From Alphaproteobacteria bacterium (GTDB lineage Bacteria; Pseudomonadota; Alphaproteobacteria; SP197): 64,000 nucleotides of DNA. Shown piece after piece: positions 42,181-52,020 of the stretch. Every line of letters starts with the position of its first letter. Position 1 is the stretch's first letter. The DNA is taken from contig OZ219747.1 in NCBI GenBank assembly GCA_964291265.2, forward strand, positions 2,240,001 to 2,304,000, read 5' to 3'. A model generated the notes under the pieces. It worked only from the letters and a program-made list of their open reading frames with translations, did not search any database and was not told the DNA's origin. Position numbers and translations under genes: made by a program.

Positions 42181-43128
42181 TCAGGCTTTGGCGACGCGAT
42201 AGGCACCGGGACCGTCCTGTGCGACACGTCCTTCCTGGACGAGCTTGGCTAGAAGCGTGGCGACGGTCGTGTTCCGTGTTGGGACGCGGTCCCGGACCTG
42301 GCGCAGCGAGAGCGGGGCATCGGCGTCGGCGAGGACCTGGACGATGCGCTGTTCGGGGGTTGGCGGCTGCGGCCTGGCGCCGTCGGGTTCCTGTTGCCGC
42401 AGCTGCAGGGCGGCTCCGTTGCCGCTGTCGGTGAGTTCGATGTCGAGATCGGCGAGTCCGGGTGCGGCGCGGTGTTCGACGGTCATGAGGATGGTTTCGT
42501 GGCGGCGCCGCAGGTAGAGGTTGCTGTCGCCCCATGCGTGCAGCTCGCTGCTTCCGCGCAGGGCCTGTCCGGGCCGGCTGGCGGCGCTCTTGCGTGCGTG
42601 GTGGACGAGCAGCACGGCGGCGCCGGAGTGTCGCTGCACGTCGCGCAGGAAGCCGAGGATCGGCGCGATCTCGGCGACGGCGTTTTCATCGACGCCGTGC
42701 AGGCGGACGAGGGGGTCGAGGATGAGCAGGCGGGAGCCGTGACGCTCGACGGTCTCGAGCAGGCTCTGGCGGTCGGTTGGGTGGTCGAGGCGCAGTGCGG
42801 GGACGTCGATGACGGCGATGTCGAGGGTGTCGAAGTCGGCGCCGGCTGCGGCGGCGATGCCCTGGAGGCGGCGTCGCACGATGTGGCCGGCGTCCTCGGC
42901 GGCGAACATGAGCACCGGTCCGGGGTGCACGGCCGGGAAGCGGCGCAGACAGGGGACGCCGGCGGCGACGGCGACGGCGAGATCGAGGGCGAGGAAGGAC
43001 TTTCCGCACTTGGGTTCGCCGCCGATGATGCCGACGGCCTCGCGGCCCCACAGGCTGTCGACGAGCCACTGCCCCTCGGTTGGCCGGTCCTCGAGTTCGG
43101 CCGGGCTGCGGGTTGGCAGGCCGATCAT
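42181..43128 (-). CDS. AAA_25 / RepA-like helicase-type ATPase with a C-terminal HTH-like region
   Basis: WLVDSL, GGEPKCGKS Walker A, FAAED, LLILDPL Walker B, LLVHHARK, LRGSS. Confidence 0.85.
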   Translation of the reverse strand: MIGLPTRSPAELEDRPTEGQWLVDSLWGREAVGIIGGEPKCGKSFLALDLAVAVAAGVPCLRRFPAVHPGPVLMFAAEDAGHIVRRRLQGIAAAAGADFDTLDIAVIDVPALRLDHPTDRQSLLETVERHGSRLLILDPLVRLHGVDENAVAEIAPILGFLRDVQRHSGAAVLLVHHARKSAASRPGQALRGSSELHAWGDSNLYLRRRHETILMTVEHRAAPGLADLDIELTDSGNGAALQLRQQEPDGARPQPPTPEQRIVQVLADADAPLSLRQVRDRVPTRNTTVATLLAKLVQEGRVAQDGPGAYRVAKA

Positions 43129-43955
43129 CGTGTGCGCCTCGGCGGGATGGGTTCGCCCCAGGTTTCGAGGAAGAGCTTTTCGTCGAGCACCTCGCGGTCG
43201 GTGTCGAGGGCGACAGCGAGGAGGTTGTCGGCGAGGATGGTCAGGGAGCGCGGATTGCCGTCTGCATGGACGACGAGGGTCTCCTTGAGGCCGGGGGTCA
43301 TGAGGCCTGGATTGCCGGCGGCGTCGAGCAGGTGGTCGAGCAGGCGGAGCAGTTCGTCGGGTTCGCAGCGCGTCATGACGAGGCGTTGACGGACCCGCGA
43401 GGCGACGGCTTGCAGGTCGGGGCTGTGCAGCTTGGCGAGCAGGCGGCTGTCGCCGGCCAGGACGACGCTGAGGATGGCGCGCGAGTCGAACTCCGTGGAG
43501 GCGAGCAGGCGCAGTTCGGTGAGCACGGCCTGCGGCATCTCCTGGGCCTCGTCGACGAGCAGGACCGGGCGCATGCGGGTGTCCTCGAGATGGGTGAGCC
43601 AGCACTCGCGCAAGGCCTTGAAGCCGGCCCAGAGGTTCCGGCGCAGGGTCGTGATGCCGAAGAGGTCGGTCATCTCGCGGTAGAAGTCTGCGGTGCTCGA
43701 CGAGGGATGGGCGAGCACGGCGACGTCGAGGCCCTCCGCGGTCTCGAGACGCTCGTCGAGCAGGCGCAGGGCGACGCTCTTGCCGGTGCCATGCTCGCCG
43801 GCCACCACGGCGAAGCCGCCCTGGCGCACGAGCTGACGCTCGATCCTGCGGCAGAAGCTGTCGATCGCGGGCGTTGCGAGAAGGCCCTCGACCGGCAGGT
43901 CGGCGGCGAAGGGGTTCCACTTGAGGCCGTAATGGGTGAGGTGTTGGCGGTTCAT
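43125..43955 (-). CDS. ExeA-family AAA ATPase (transposition helper)
   Basis: YGLKWNPF, GEHGTGKS, LLVDEAQ, ELRLL, VLAG, GNPR; ATGA-coupled on both sides. Confidence 0.88.
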   Translation of the reverse strand: MNRQHLTHYGLKWNPFAADLPVEGLLATPAIDSFCRRIERQLVRQGGFAVVAGEHGTGKSVALRLLDERLETAEGLDVAVLAHPSSSTADFYREMTDLFGITTLRRNLWAGFKALRECWLTHLEDTRMRPVLLVDEAQEMPQAVLTELRLLASTEFDSRAILSVVLAGDSRLLAKLHSPDLQAVASRVRQRLVMTRCEPDELLRLLDHLLDAAGNPGLMTPGLKETLVVHADGNPRSLTILADNLLAVALDTDREVLDEKLFLETWGEPIPPRRTR

Positions 43956-44776
43956 GACATGTCTCCCTGATCGTTGTTGTCCTTGCCTTCGTCGTTCGGG
44001 CCGGCCTCCTTGCCGAAGGGCAACCATGCCGGGGGCAGGCCGGTGGCGTCCTGCTCGTCGCGGAGGCGCTTGAGCAGCGGCGCCGGCCCGGTCTGTGGCT
44101 TCACCTCGTCGTCTTCTCTCCGGCGCCCGGTCCGGCGGCGGAGCCCCTCGGCGTTGCGAGACTTGTCCACCGGACGCAGGGTCGAGATGCGGTCCCCGGT
44201 GCGGCCGTCGACCATGTCGATGCCGGAGAGGTCCCAGCGGGCGACGCGCAGGTCGATCTCGCGCAGGTGGCGCCACGGCGCCGGCAGTTGATAGCGGACA
44301 CTCGCCACCGTCACCGTGGCGTCGGAGCGTCGCACCTTGCGACGCATGTTGATGGCTGCATAGAACGGCGGGATTTCGGCGATTTGCCGCGCTTTGTCAG
44401 GGTCGTGTTTCTTCCCTGTTGTCAGGTCCTATTGTCACGTCCTGTTGTCGTGGGTTCAGTGTTCGGCTGATTGTCTCCCCGAGCGCCGCCCGTTTTCCTA
44501 TTGTCGTTTTGGTCCGGTTCGGATTGTTCCGTCGGCCTCTGCTTCGGTCTTGGTGACGGTTGCCGGGAGGGTTTCGGTTCCGAGGCACTCGCGGGATCGT
44601 CTGTTTTCCCTGTGGTCTGGGTCGTGTTGTCCGGTCCCGGGGCGGCGTTTTTGCCGCCGCCCCGGGTGGATGCTAGATCGGCATCGAAAGAAAGAGCGAT
44701 GCGATGCCGGGCAGAGTTGTGATGACGCCCCCCGGCGCAGCACCCGGACGAGCCGGTCACGGGGGACCGAACTCCC

Positions 44777-45307
44777 GTGTATTGTCGAGCCATTTTGCGT
44801 CCGGGTCCACCCCCGCTCTCGAGACGGATCGTGTGCACGACGGGACGACTGTTCAACTGCAAGCGGTGTCAGCGGCAGGTTGTTCTCTGCCGGTCGTGTG
44901 ACCGGGGGCATGTGTATTGCTCCGATGAGTGCAGGGAGCGGTCCCGGATCGAGCGGCGCCGCGCGTCGCGTCGTCGCTACCAGAGCACGCTGAGGGGCCG
45001 TGAGACGGGCCGTCACCGCCAGCGGCGTTACCGGCTCCGCAAGGCGGAGGAGGCGCGTGCGTTGAAGGCCAGGGCGGCGATGCTTGCCGAGATCATGGGC
45101 ACGCAGACGTCTGCTGTGGTGCTGCTTGGCGACGTTCCGGCGGTGTCTGGAGACGCCGGTTCCGAAGAAATCGTTACGGACCACCCTTCCCGACTGCTGC
45201 CGACCTCCCTACCTGCGGTTGTGAAGGCGCGAGAGCGACGCGAATCGCCGCTTCGGTGCGCCCGGTGCGGACGGGTCGTGACGCATGTGGTGCTGAGGGA
45301 CCTGTGA
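44777..45307 (+). CDS. Cys-rich hypothetical protein (copy 2; start uncertain)
   Basis: Near-identical to 17738-18268. Confidence 0.7.
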   Translation: MYCRAILRPGPPPLSRRIVCTTGRLFNCKRCQRQVVLCRSCDRGHVYCSDECRERSRIERRRASRRRYQSTLRGRETGRHRQRRYRLRKAEEARALKARAAMLAEIMGTQTSAVVLLGDVPAVSGDAGSEEIVTDHPSRLLPTSLPAVVKARERRESPLRCARCGRVVTHVVLRDL

Positions 45308-45339
45308 TGCGGCGTTGAGGAACCAAAGGGAGGGAGTTC

Positions 45340-46833
45340 ATGGCGATCGACGAGGACACGCGGGCGACGATCGTGCGGCTGTCGCGGGCCGAGGGCTGGG
45401 CTGTGGGGACGATTGCCCGGCATCTCGGCGTGCACCACGGCACGGTGACGCGGGCGCTCAAGGCGTCGGGGCAGGAGCGGCGGCCGCGGGCCAAGCTCAT
45501 CGACCCCTTCGTTGCCTTCCTCGGGGAGCGTCTTGAGGCGTCGCCGGACCTTCCGGCCAGCACGCTCTGGCGACAGGTCGTGGCCCTGGGCTACCGCGGC
45601 GGCGAGGATCACTTCCGTCACGACCTGCGCCGCCTCGGGCTGAGGCCGGTGAAGAGGCCCGAGCCGTCGCTGCGGCTGAGCTTCCTTCCGGGCGAGCAGG
45701 CGCAGGTTGACTGGGCCGAGTTCGGGAAGGTCCGCATTGGCCGGGCGGAGCGCAGGCTCATGGGGCTTCTCGTCACCCTCAGCTACTCGCGCCAGACTGT
45801 CCTGAGCCTGTTCCACGACGCGCGGATGGCCAGCTTCCTGCAAGGCCATGTCGAGGCTTTCGCGGCATTCGGGGGTGTGCCGCGGAGGCTTCTGTACGAC
45901 AACCTGAAGAGTGCCGTGGTGACGCGCCGCGGCAAGGCGGTCACCTATCATCCGATGCTGCTCGGCCTCGCGGCCCACTATGCCTTCGAACCGAGCGCCG
46001 CCTGGCCCAGGAGCCCGCAGGAGAAGGGCCGCGTGGAACGCCGTGTGCGCTTCGCGCGCACCGGGTTCTTCGCCGGGCGCGACATCACGGTCCCGCTCGG
46101 CGAGCTCAACGCCGCGGTTCGGGAGTGGTGCTTCGGCGCCGCCGCGGAGCGGCCCTGGCCGGACGACGACAGTCTCCTGGTGCGGGACGCCTTCGCCCGG
46201 GAGAGGGAGCACCTGATCGTCCTTCCCGTCGACCCCTTCCCGCATCACGAGGTCCGCCCGGTGCGCATCGACAAGACCTGCCACGCCCGCTTCGACACCA
46301 ACGACTACAGCGTTCCGGGTAGCTTCTCCAAGGCCCTGCTGACGCTGGTCGCCGACCGCGACGAGGTCCGCATCCTCGACGGCGCCGACGAGGTCGCGCG
46401 CCACCGACGCTCCTACGACAGGAAGCAGGCCGTCACCGATCCGGAGCATGCCAGGGCGATCGCCGCGGGCAAGCGGCGGGCCCGCTCCATGAGCGTCCGC
46501 GACCGGGTCCTGCGCACCGTGCCGCGGGCCGAGGAGATGCTGGCGCGCGCCGGGACCAACGGGCGCAACGTGGCCTCCTGCGCCCGGATGCTGGAGACGC
46601 TTCTCAACGCGCACGGCGCCGACGCTCTCGACCGGGCTGTCGCCACGGCGCTGGAGCGCGGCTCGTGCCACCCCGAAACCGTGCGCGTCATCATCGAAGA
46701 GCGCCGCCGGGAGCAGGGCCTGCCGCCCCTCAGCATCGCCGACGACGGCCGCGGCGGCCGTGGCACGACGCCGCGGGGGACCGCTCTCGACGCCTACGAC
46801 AGGCCCGAAGCCAGCGCCAGGAACAAGACATGA
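45340..46833 (+). CDS. istA: IS21-family transposase IstA (copy 2)
   Basis: Near-identical to 18301-19794. Confidence 0.93.
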   Translation: MAIDEDTRATIVRLSRAEGWAVGTIARHLGVHHGTVTRALKASGQERRPRAKLIDPFVAFLGERLEASPDLPASTLWRQVVALGYRGGEDHFRHDLRRLGLRPVKRPEPSLRLSFLPGEQAQVDWAEFGKVRIGRAERRLMGLLVTLSYSRQTVLSLFHDARMASFLQGHVEAFAAFGGVPRRLLYDNLKSAVVTRRGKAVTYHPMLLGLAAHYAFEPSAAWPRSPQEKGRVERRVRFARTGFFAGRDITVPLGELNAAVREWCFGAAAERPWPDDDSLLVRDAFAREREHLIVLPVDPFPHHEVRPVRIDKTCHARFDTNDYSVPGSFSKALLTLVADRDEVRILDGADEVARHRRSYDRKQAVTDPEHARAIAAGKRRARSMSVRDRVLRTVPRAEEMLARAGTNGRNVASCARMLETLLNAHGADALDRAVATALERGSCHPETVRVIIEERRREQGLPPLSIADDGRGGRGTTPRGTALDAYDRPEASARNKT

Positions 46834-47531
46834 GCGAGCTCAGGGAGCGTGCCCGGGCGCTCGGCCTCCACGGGCTCGTCGAACGCTGGGACGAGGTCGC
46901 CGGGACCGCATGGATCGAGGAGGTGGTCAGCGGCGAGGAACAGGCCCGCAGGGCCCGCAGCCACGAGCGCCGCCGCGCCGCGGCGCGGCTGCCCGCCTTC
47001 AAGCCCCTGGCGGACTTCGACTGGACATGGCCGCGCGACATCAGCCGGGCTCATGTCGAAGCGCTCCTCGGCCTCGGCTTCGTCGACCGTGCGGACAACG
47101 CCGTGCTCGTCGGCGGGCAGGGCACCGGAAAGACCATGATCGCCGCCAACGTGGCGCACCAGGCCCTGCTGCACGGCCACACCGTCCGCTTCGAGAAGGC
47201 GCCGGAACTGCTCGAGGCACTCGCCGAGACCGTCTCGCGCAGCGAGCTGCGCCGCCGCCTCGCGATCCTCGCCAGGCCCCGCCTGCTCGTCCTCGACGAA
47301 ATCGGCTACGTGACCCTCGAAAGCCACCATGCCGACATCCTCTACGCCATCGTCTCGCGGCGCTATCAGCGCCGCTCGACCATGGTCACGACAAGCCTCG
47401 CCTTCGCCCAGTGGGACCGCGTCTTCCCCAGCGCCTCCGGCATCGCCGGCACCGTCGACCGGCTCATGCACGACGCAACCCTCATCTCCATCGACAGCGA
47501 CTCCTGGCGGCTCAGGCGTGAAACCCGATAA
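46830..47531 (+). CDS. istB: IS21-family ATPase IstB (copy 2)
   Basis: Same protein as 19791-20492. Confidence 0.93.
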   Translation: MSELRERARALGLHGLVERWDEVAGTAWIEEVVSGEEQARRARSHERRRAAARLPAFKPLADFDWTWPRDISRAHVEALLGLGFVDRADNAVLVGGQGTGKTMIAANVAHQALLHGHTVRFEKAPELLEALAETVSRSELRRRLAILARPRLLVLDEIGYVTLESHHADILYAIVSRRYQRRSTMVTTSLAFAQWDRVFPSASGIAGTVDRLMHDATLISIDSDSWRLRRETR

Positions 47532-48411
47532 ACCCCGCCGCGTCGACTTCGACGCCGTCAAGCGCATGCCGTTCGAACGCATCGCCGCCGACTGGGGATA
47601 CGTCCGCGACGAACAGGCCTCGACACGCGCCAACCCCGTCCTGTGCGCACCCGGCCTGCCGAAGCTCGTCACGAAGTGCCTCAACAACGGACACTGGGTC
47701 TACTTCAACACCCAGAACGATGAAGACAACGGAACCGTCATCGACTTCATGCTCAACCGCGGACTGGCCTTCGCCGACATCTGCACCCGCTTCACAGCAC
47801 CCGACACCGCGCCACGCGACTTCCGCAGCCTCTGGGCCGCGGCAACGCCCGATGCGGCCCCGGACTGGCTCACCGGGCGCGGCATCCTCCCGGAGACCCT
47901 CGACACCTGCCGCCCCCTGGTCCGCCGCGACCACAACGGACGCGTCCTCTTCGCCCATCGCAACAGGAAGCGAAAGCTCACCGGCTTCGAGATCGGTCCC
48001 CCCGACGGACCGAAACGCTTCGCCACCGGTGGAACCCGAAGCCTGTTCGCCGTCCGCGCCGGAACCGCCGCGGACCTCGAGGCCCTCGTCATCACCGAAA
48101 GCGCCGTCGACGCCCTCAGCCTGGCCCAGATCGACCAATGTCCCCCCAGCCACGCCTTCCTCTCCACCGCCGGGGCACCCTCGCGAAGACAGCACGAACA
48201 GATCAGCCTCGCCGCAAGCAGCCTGCCCAACGTCAGGACCATCGTCCTCGCCCAGGACCACGACGAGGCCGGAGAGCGACAGGCCGAAACCCTGCGCAAA
48301 AAGATGAAGCTCCCCTCCCACGTCTCGTTCCACAGACGCAGACCGCCGGAAAACGCCGACTGGAACGACGTCGTCAACGCCAGGACCAAAGAACCACAAG
48401 CGAGATCATGA
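47518..48411 (+). CDS. Toprim primase-like protein (copy 2)
   Basis: Near-identical to 20479-21372. Confidence 0.8.
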   Translation: MKPDKPRRVDFDAVKRMPFERIAADWGYVRDEQASTRANPVLCAPGLPKLVTKCLNNGHWVYFNTQNDEDNGTVIDFMLNRGLAFADICTRFTAPDTAPRDFRSLWAAATPDAAPDWLTGRGILPETLDTCRPLVRRDHNGRVLFAHRNRKRKLTGFEIGPPDGPKRFATGGTRSLFAVRAGTAADLEALVITESAVDALSLAQIDQCPPSHAFLSTAGAPSRRQHEQISLAASSLPNVRTIVLAQDHDEAGERQAETLRKKMKLPSHVSFHRRRPPENADWNDVVNARTKEPQARS

Positions 48412-48437
48412 CCACGTCCGTCACAAGGAGACCACTC

Positions 48438-48728
48438 ATGCCCCTCACGCCCGCCGAAAAGCAGCGGCGATACCGGGAACGGCGCAAGGCCGGCATCCCT
48501 CCCGTCCACACCCCAAAGCATCGTGACCGGCGCTCGCGACCGCAACGCTGGAACGACGCCGTGGCCGAACTGCGCGCCCTGCAGGACGAATGGCGTGACC
48601 GCCTCGACAGCATCCCCGAAACCCTCCGTGACACGCCTTACGGAGAACGCCTGCAGATCGTCGCCGATGCCGACATCGAGGCCCTCGAGGACATCGAACC
48701 GCCACGCGGCTACGGAAGGGATACGTGA
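48438..48728 (+). CDS. Small hypothetical protein (copy 2)
   Basis: Near-identical to 21399-21689. Confidence 0.65.
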   Translation: MPLTPAEKQRRYRERRKAGIPPVHTPKHRDRRSRPQRWNDAVAELRALQDEWRDRLDSIPETLRDTPYGERLQIVADADIEALEDIEPPRGYGRDT

Positions 48729-50822
48729 TCCCGCAAGACCCTTGAACGCGGTCACGCGTTACCATCCAGGAATGAGAACGTCTCACCCCGACGCGCCGCT
48801 CAGCCTCCCCGGGAAACTCCCGGGCCGTCCAAACGACACCGCATCACGAGACTGCCGCAGCCGCTGGCCGGACTGGCTTACAGGTCGCAGCATCCGCCCG
48901 AAAACACTCAACGCCTGCCGCACCCTGCAGGACGAATGGCGTGACCGCCTCGACAGCATCCCCGAAACCCTCCGTGACACGCCTTACGGAGAACGCCTGC
49001 AGATCGTCGCCGATGCCGACATCGAGGCTCTCGAGGACATCGAACCGCCACGCGGCTACGGAAGGGACACGTAATCTCGCAAGACCCTTGAACGCGGTCA
49101 CGCGTTACCATCCAGGAATGAGAACGTCTCACCCCGACGCGCCTCTCAGCCTCCCCGGGAAACCCCCGGGCCGTCCAAACGACACCACATCACGAGACTG
49201 CCGCAGCCGCTGAGCCGCAGCAACGCCCGATCCGCCGCCGGACTGGCTCACAGGTCGCAGCATCCGCCCGAAAACACTCGACGCCTGCCGCACCCTGCGC
49301 CGCCGCAACCGCAACGCACGCAGCCTCTTCGCCCAGCGCAACAGAAACCGTCAGCTCTCCAGCCTCGAGATCGTCCCGCCCGACGAACCACGACGAGGAC
49401 GGAGAACGCCAGAACGAAACCACGCGCAAAAGCCTGAAGCTCCCCTCCCACATCACGTTCCACAAACGCCGAACGCCAGAAAACGCCGACCGGAACGACA
49501 TCGTCAACGTCAATGCAAGACCAATGGGATCCAACAATAGGCAGAAAACAAAGACCGGGCGGACCTTCGTCCAATGCCGCACGTTCTCCTGTCGTGGTCA
49601 CCCACTCACACGATCAGCGCCCAAAAGAGCGGTTCTCCGCCAATATCCCGCCGTTCTAAATCGCCGCCGACAACGCACCTTGATGCGGAAGGCGGCCCGG
49701 AGTTCGCTGCTGTCCGGGCATGTCCGCGAGGCGTCCTCGCTGTCGATCACGCGCCTGAGCGGCGTGACCCCCGTCTCGCGGTGTACGCGGCGGTGATACT
49801 CGCGCTCGAACCAGATGACGGTGGCGTCGTTCAGGTCCTGCAGGGTCAGGGTCTCGACGTTCTCGAGCATCGCCATCAGGCGGCCCTCGACCTGGGCGAA
49901 CAGCACCTCCTGCTTGCCGTTCTGGTACGGGCTGCGGACAAGCGTGTGGTGGTGCAGCACGCCGAGGGCGTGCAGTCCCTCCTGCACCTCCCCGGCCGTC
50001 ATCGCCGATCCGTTGTCGGTCAGAAGGGACCGCGGCAGCCCTCGCTTCATGAAGGCCTGGCTGATGCCGTGAACGAAGATCTCCGTGGTCTCCCCGAGAT
50101 ACCACTGCATGTGGCAGACGAGACGCGAATGGTCGTCGATGAAGCTGAGCAGGATCGGCGTCCTCCACTCCCCGGACGGCGTCAGCACGCGACAGGTCCG
50201 CGCATGGTGGAAGTCGGCGTGCCACAGGGCATGGCTGCGCGAGACCTCGTAGCTCAGCACCTCGCGCCCCTCGACCGCAGGCCGCTCCGCTTCACCACCG
50301 AACTTCCGCTGCCGCCGCCGCCGCTCCAGGCCCGCCGAACGCATGACCCGGGTCAGCGTCGCATAGGACGGCATCGGCCCGAGCGAAGGGTCGGCCTCGA
50401 CCAGCGCGCAAAGGTTGTCGTGGTGGAGCTGAACCGACCACGTGGGGTGCGCCCTGTACTGGTCGCGCAAGGCCGCCATCAGCAGGGGCGAGACGCTCCG
50501 CGCACGACCGGCGTCGCAGCGCACCCGACGGCGCAGCGCCCGCACCGGATCCCGGTCGGCCGACCGCGCCTTGTAGTACCAGCGCTCGATCGTCGACACC
50601 GAGAACCGGATCGTGCCGCCCCTGACGGGATGCTCCCAGTCCCGCCGCGACAGCCGTTGAAGCTCGGCCCGCAGACCCCCCTTCGGCGGCGGCGACGCCA
50701 GCAGCGGGCCAACCACCGCAAAGCGCAGCCGCGTCCAGGCGTCCCCGGCGTCCGCTTCGTCCTTCGTCACCACGACAGCCTTCCTCCCTCGTCGTCCCAT
50801 GGGAGGAAGGCCCTATACGGTC

Positions 50823-51437
50823 CTATGTCATCGCACTACAGGCACTCTCTGCGGGCGGCGACAGACCATCGACGATCCTGCAGAAGCCGGTCCACGGCAT
50901 GAGCCAGACCAGGCTCCGCAGAAGGCGCGATCGAAACGATCCGCCGCGCATCAAGCGCACCAGGGCCACAAGCGGAGGCTCGTCCGCCTCCACCGCCAGA
51001 TCGCCACGTTTCCAGCGCCACGCCGCCGTCGCCGGGAACCTCTCCCGCCACCATCGACGCCACCGGCCAAGCGTCCTCTCCGGGATGCCAGACATGCGGC
51101 TCGCCTTCGCCAGGGGAACACTGCCGCACAGAACCAGGAGGCTCGCAGCCAGGTATACCGGCGCCGCACGGAACCTCCGGCCGAAGAAGCGCACCGAGGG
51201 CGGAGTCGTCCGGCTCCTGCACTCAGCACAGCAGAAGCTGAAACGGCGGTTGTCGCCGCGAAGAGCAGGCGCAAGCGCGTGCGGCTTGCGCGGATACCGC
51301 GCGCTGTGAAGACGACCGCCGCAATGCGGGCATCCCTCCAGGCGGCAGCGCTCCGCCTCGGCCGCATCAATCCTCTCAAGGAGAGGCCAGACATGAGCGC
51401 AGGAAAGTATGGGACCCGGGAAGGAAACGTGCGACAT
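50823..51437 (-). CDS. Zn-finger/HTH accessory protein preceding the transposase (DUF6431-like)
   Basis: CPHCGGRLH, RFSFCCAECRSRTTP, RTLGRWRRWW. Confidence 0.7.
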   Translation of the reverse strand: MSHVSFPGPILSCAHVWPLLERIDAAEAERCRLEGCPHCGGRLHSARYPRKPHALAPALRGDNRRFSFCCAECRSRTTPPSVRFFGRRFRAAPVYLAASLLVLCGSVPLAKASRMSGIPERTLGRWRRWWRERFPATAAWRWKRGDLAVEADEPPLVALVRLMRGGSFRSRLLRSLVWLMPWTGFCRIVDGLSPPAESACSAMT

Positions 51438-51873
51438 TGACTGGCCTCCGGTGATCTCACCGTCACGGAGACAAGCCCCTCGGCCGACTTCTTGCAAGTC
51501 GGTCGAGGGGCAATCACCCCAGACCAGCAGACAATTCAAGCAAAACCGACGGAATCCACGTCAAAAATCGCGCAAACGCTTAACAGGGCGCTGCCGAGAT
51601 CGGAGCGGTGCAGACTGACACGGCGCACGCCGTTGCCAGGATCAGTGCTACCTGCATGATTCGCACGGCGTGACCCCTCCATGTGCTTGACCGTATGTAT
51701 CATCGAATGAGACGGAGTGGCCACAGGAAGCGGTCACGTTTCACTGGGGAGTGATTCTCTTGTGGTCGGCTTTCGTTGCAGCGATGATCTCTTGGCGCGA
51801 GCGTGACCTGCGCCACCGGCCGGTTGTCGTTCATGCGGGTGCTTTCATCGGCCGCGGCGGTTCAGGCGCAGAC

Positions 51874-52020
51874 GCAGGGCGAAAGACCCATCCCGGACCA
51901 CAGCAAGGACTGTCGACACATCAAGCGTCGCCTGCCCATCCACGATGTGGGCATCGGCCCTCCGGCTTCCTGCACGAAGCCCGGCTTCGTCCAAACCGGA
52001 CTATGTCCCAACCGGCGGCA
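51874..52020. repeat. Shared 3' flank of the ankyrin genes (copy 2)
   Basis: High similarity to 39824-39979. Confidence 0.85.

Larger units (their letters stand above)
44347..49672 (+). mobile_element. IS21-like transposon with a Toprim primase-like gene, copy 2 (5326 bp)
   Basis: Same ends as copy 1; 5-bp TSD ACGCA at 44342-44346 and 49673-49677. Confidence 0.93.
43952..50800 (-). pseudogene. DDE (rve, IS481/Mu-like) transposase interrupted by IS21-like copy 2 (50800-49673 + 44341-43952)
   Basis: LWHADF, IDDHSR, LTDNGS, NGKQE; rejoins as FRIKVR|RKVRRSDATVTV. Confidence 0.88.
41092..51582 (-). mobile_element. DDE transposase + ExeA-type ATPase transposon with RepA-like helicase and Toprim genes (about 5.16 kb without the nested element)
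   Basis: Ends TGAGCG.../...CGCTTA; 5-bp TSD ACAGG at 41087-41091 and 51583-51587; removal restores the ankyrin ORF. Confidence 0.9.
39980..51657 (-). pseudogene. Signal-peptide ankyrin-repeat protein split by a transposon (51657-51583 + 41086-39980)
   Basis: MQVALILATACAVSVCTAPISAAPC|SDWNTYDFF rejoins in frame; nine 34-aa GxTPLHxAA...LLLDRGAD repeats. Confidence 0.9.

Noticed and set aside
43125-43955. Type II secretion ExeA/GspA
   Set aside because: Coupled to a DDE transposase within TSD-bounded ends; no T2SS genes
44347-49672. Assembly duplication of 17314-22633
   Set aside because: Different targets, distinct TSDs and scattered SNPs/indels indicate real independent insertions
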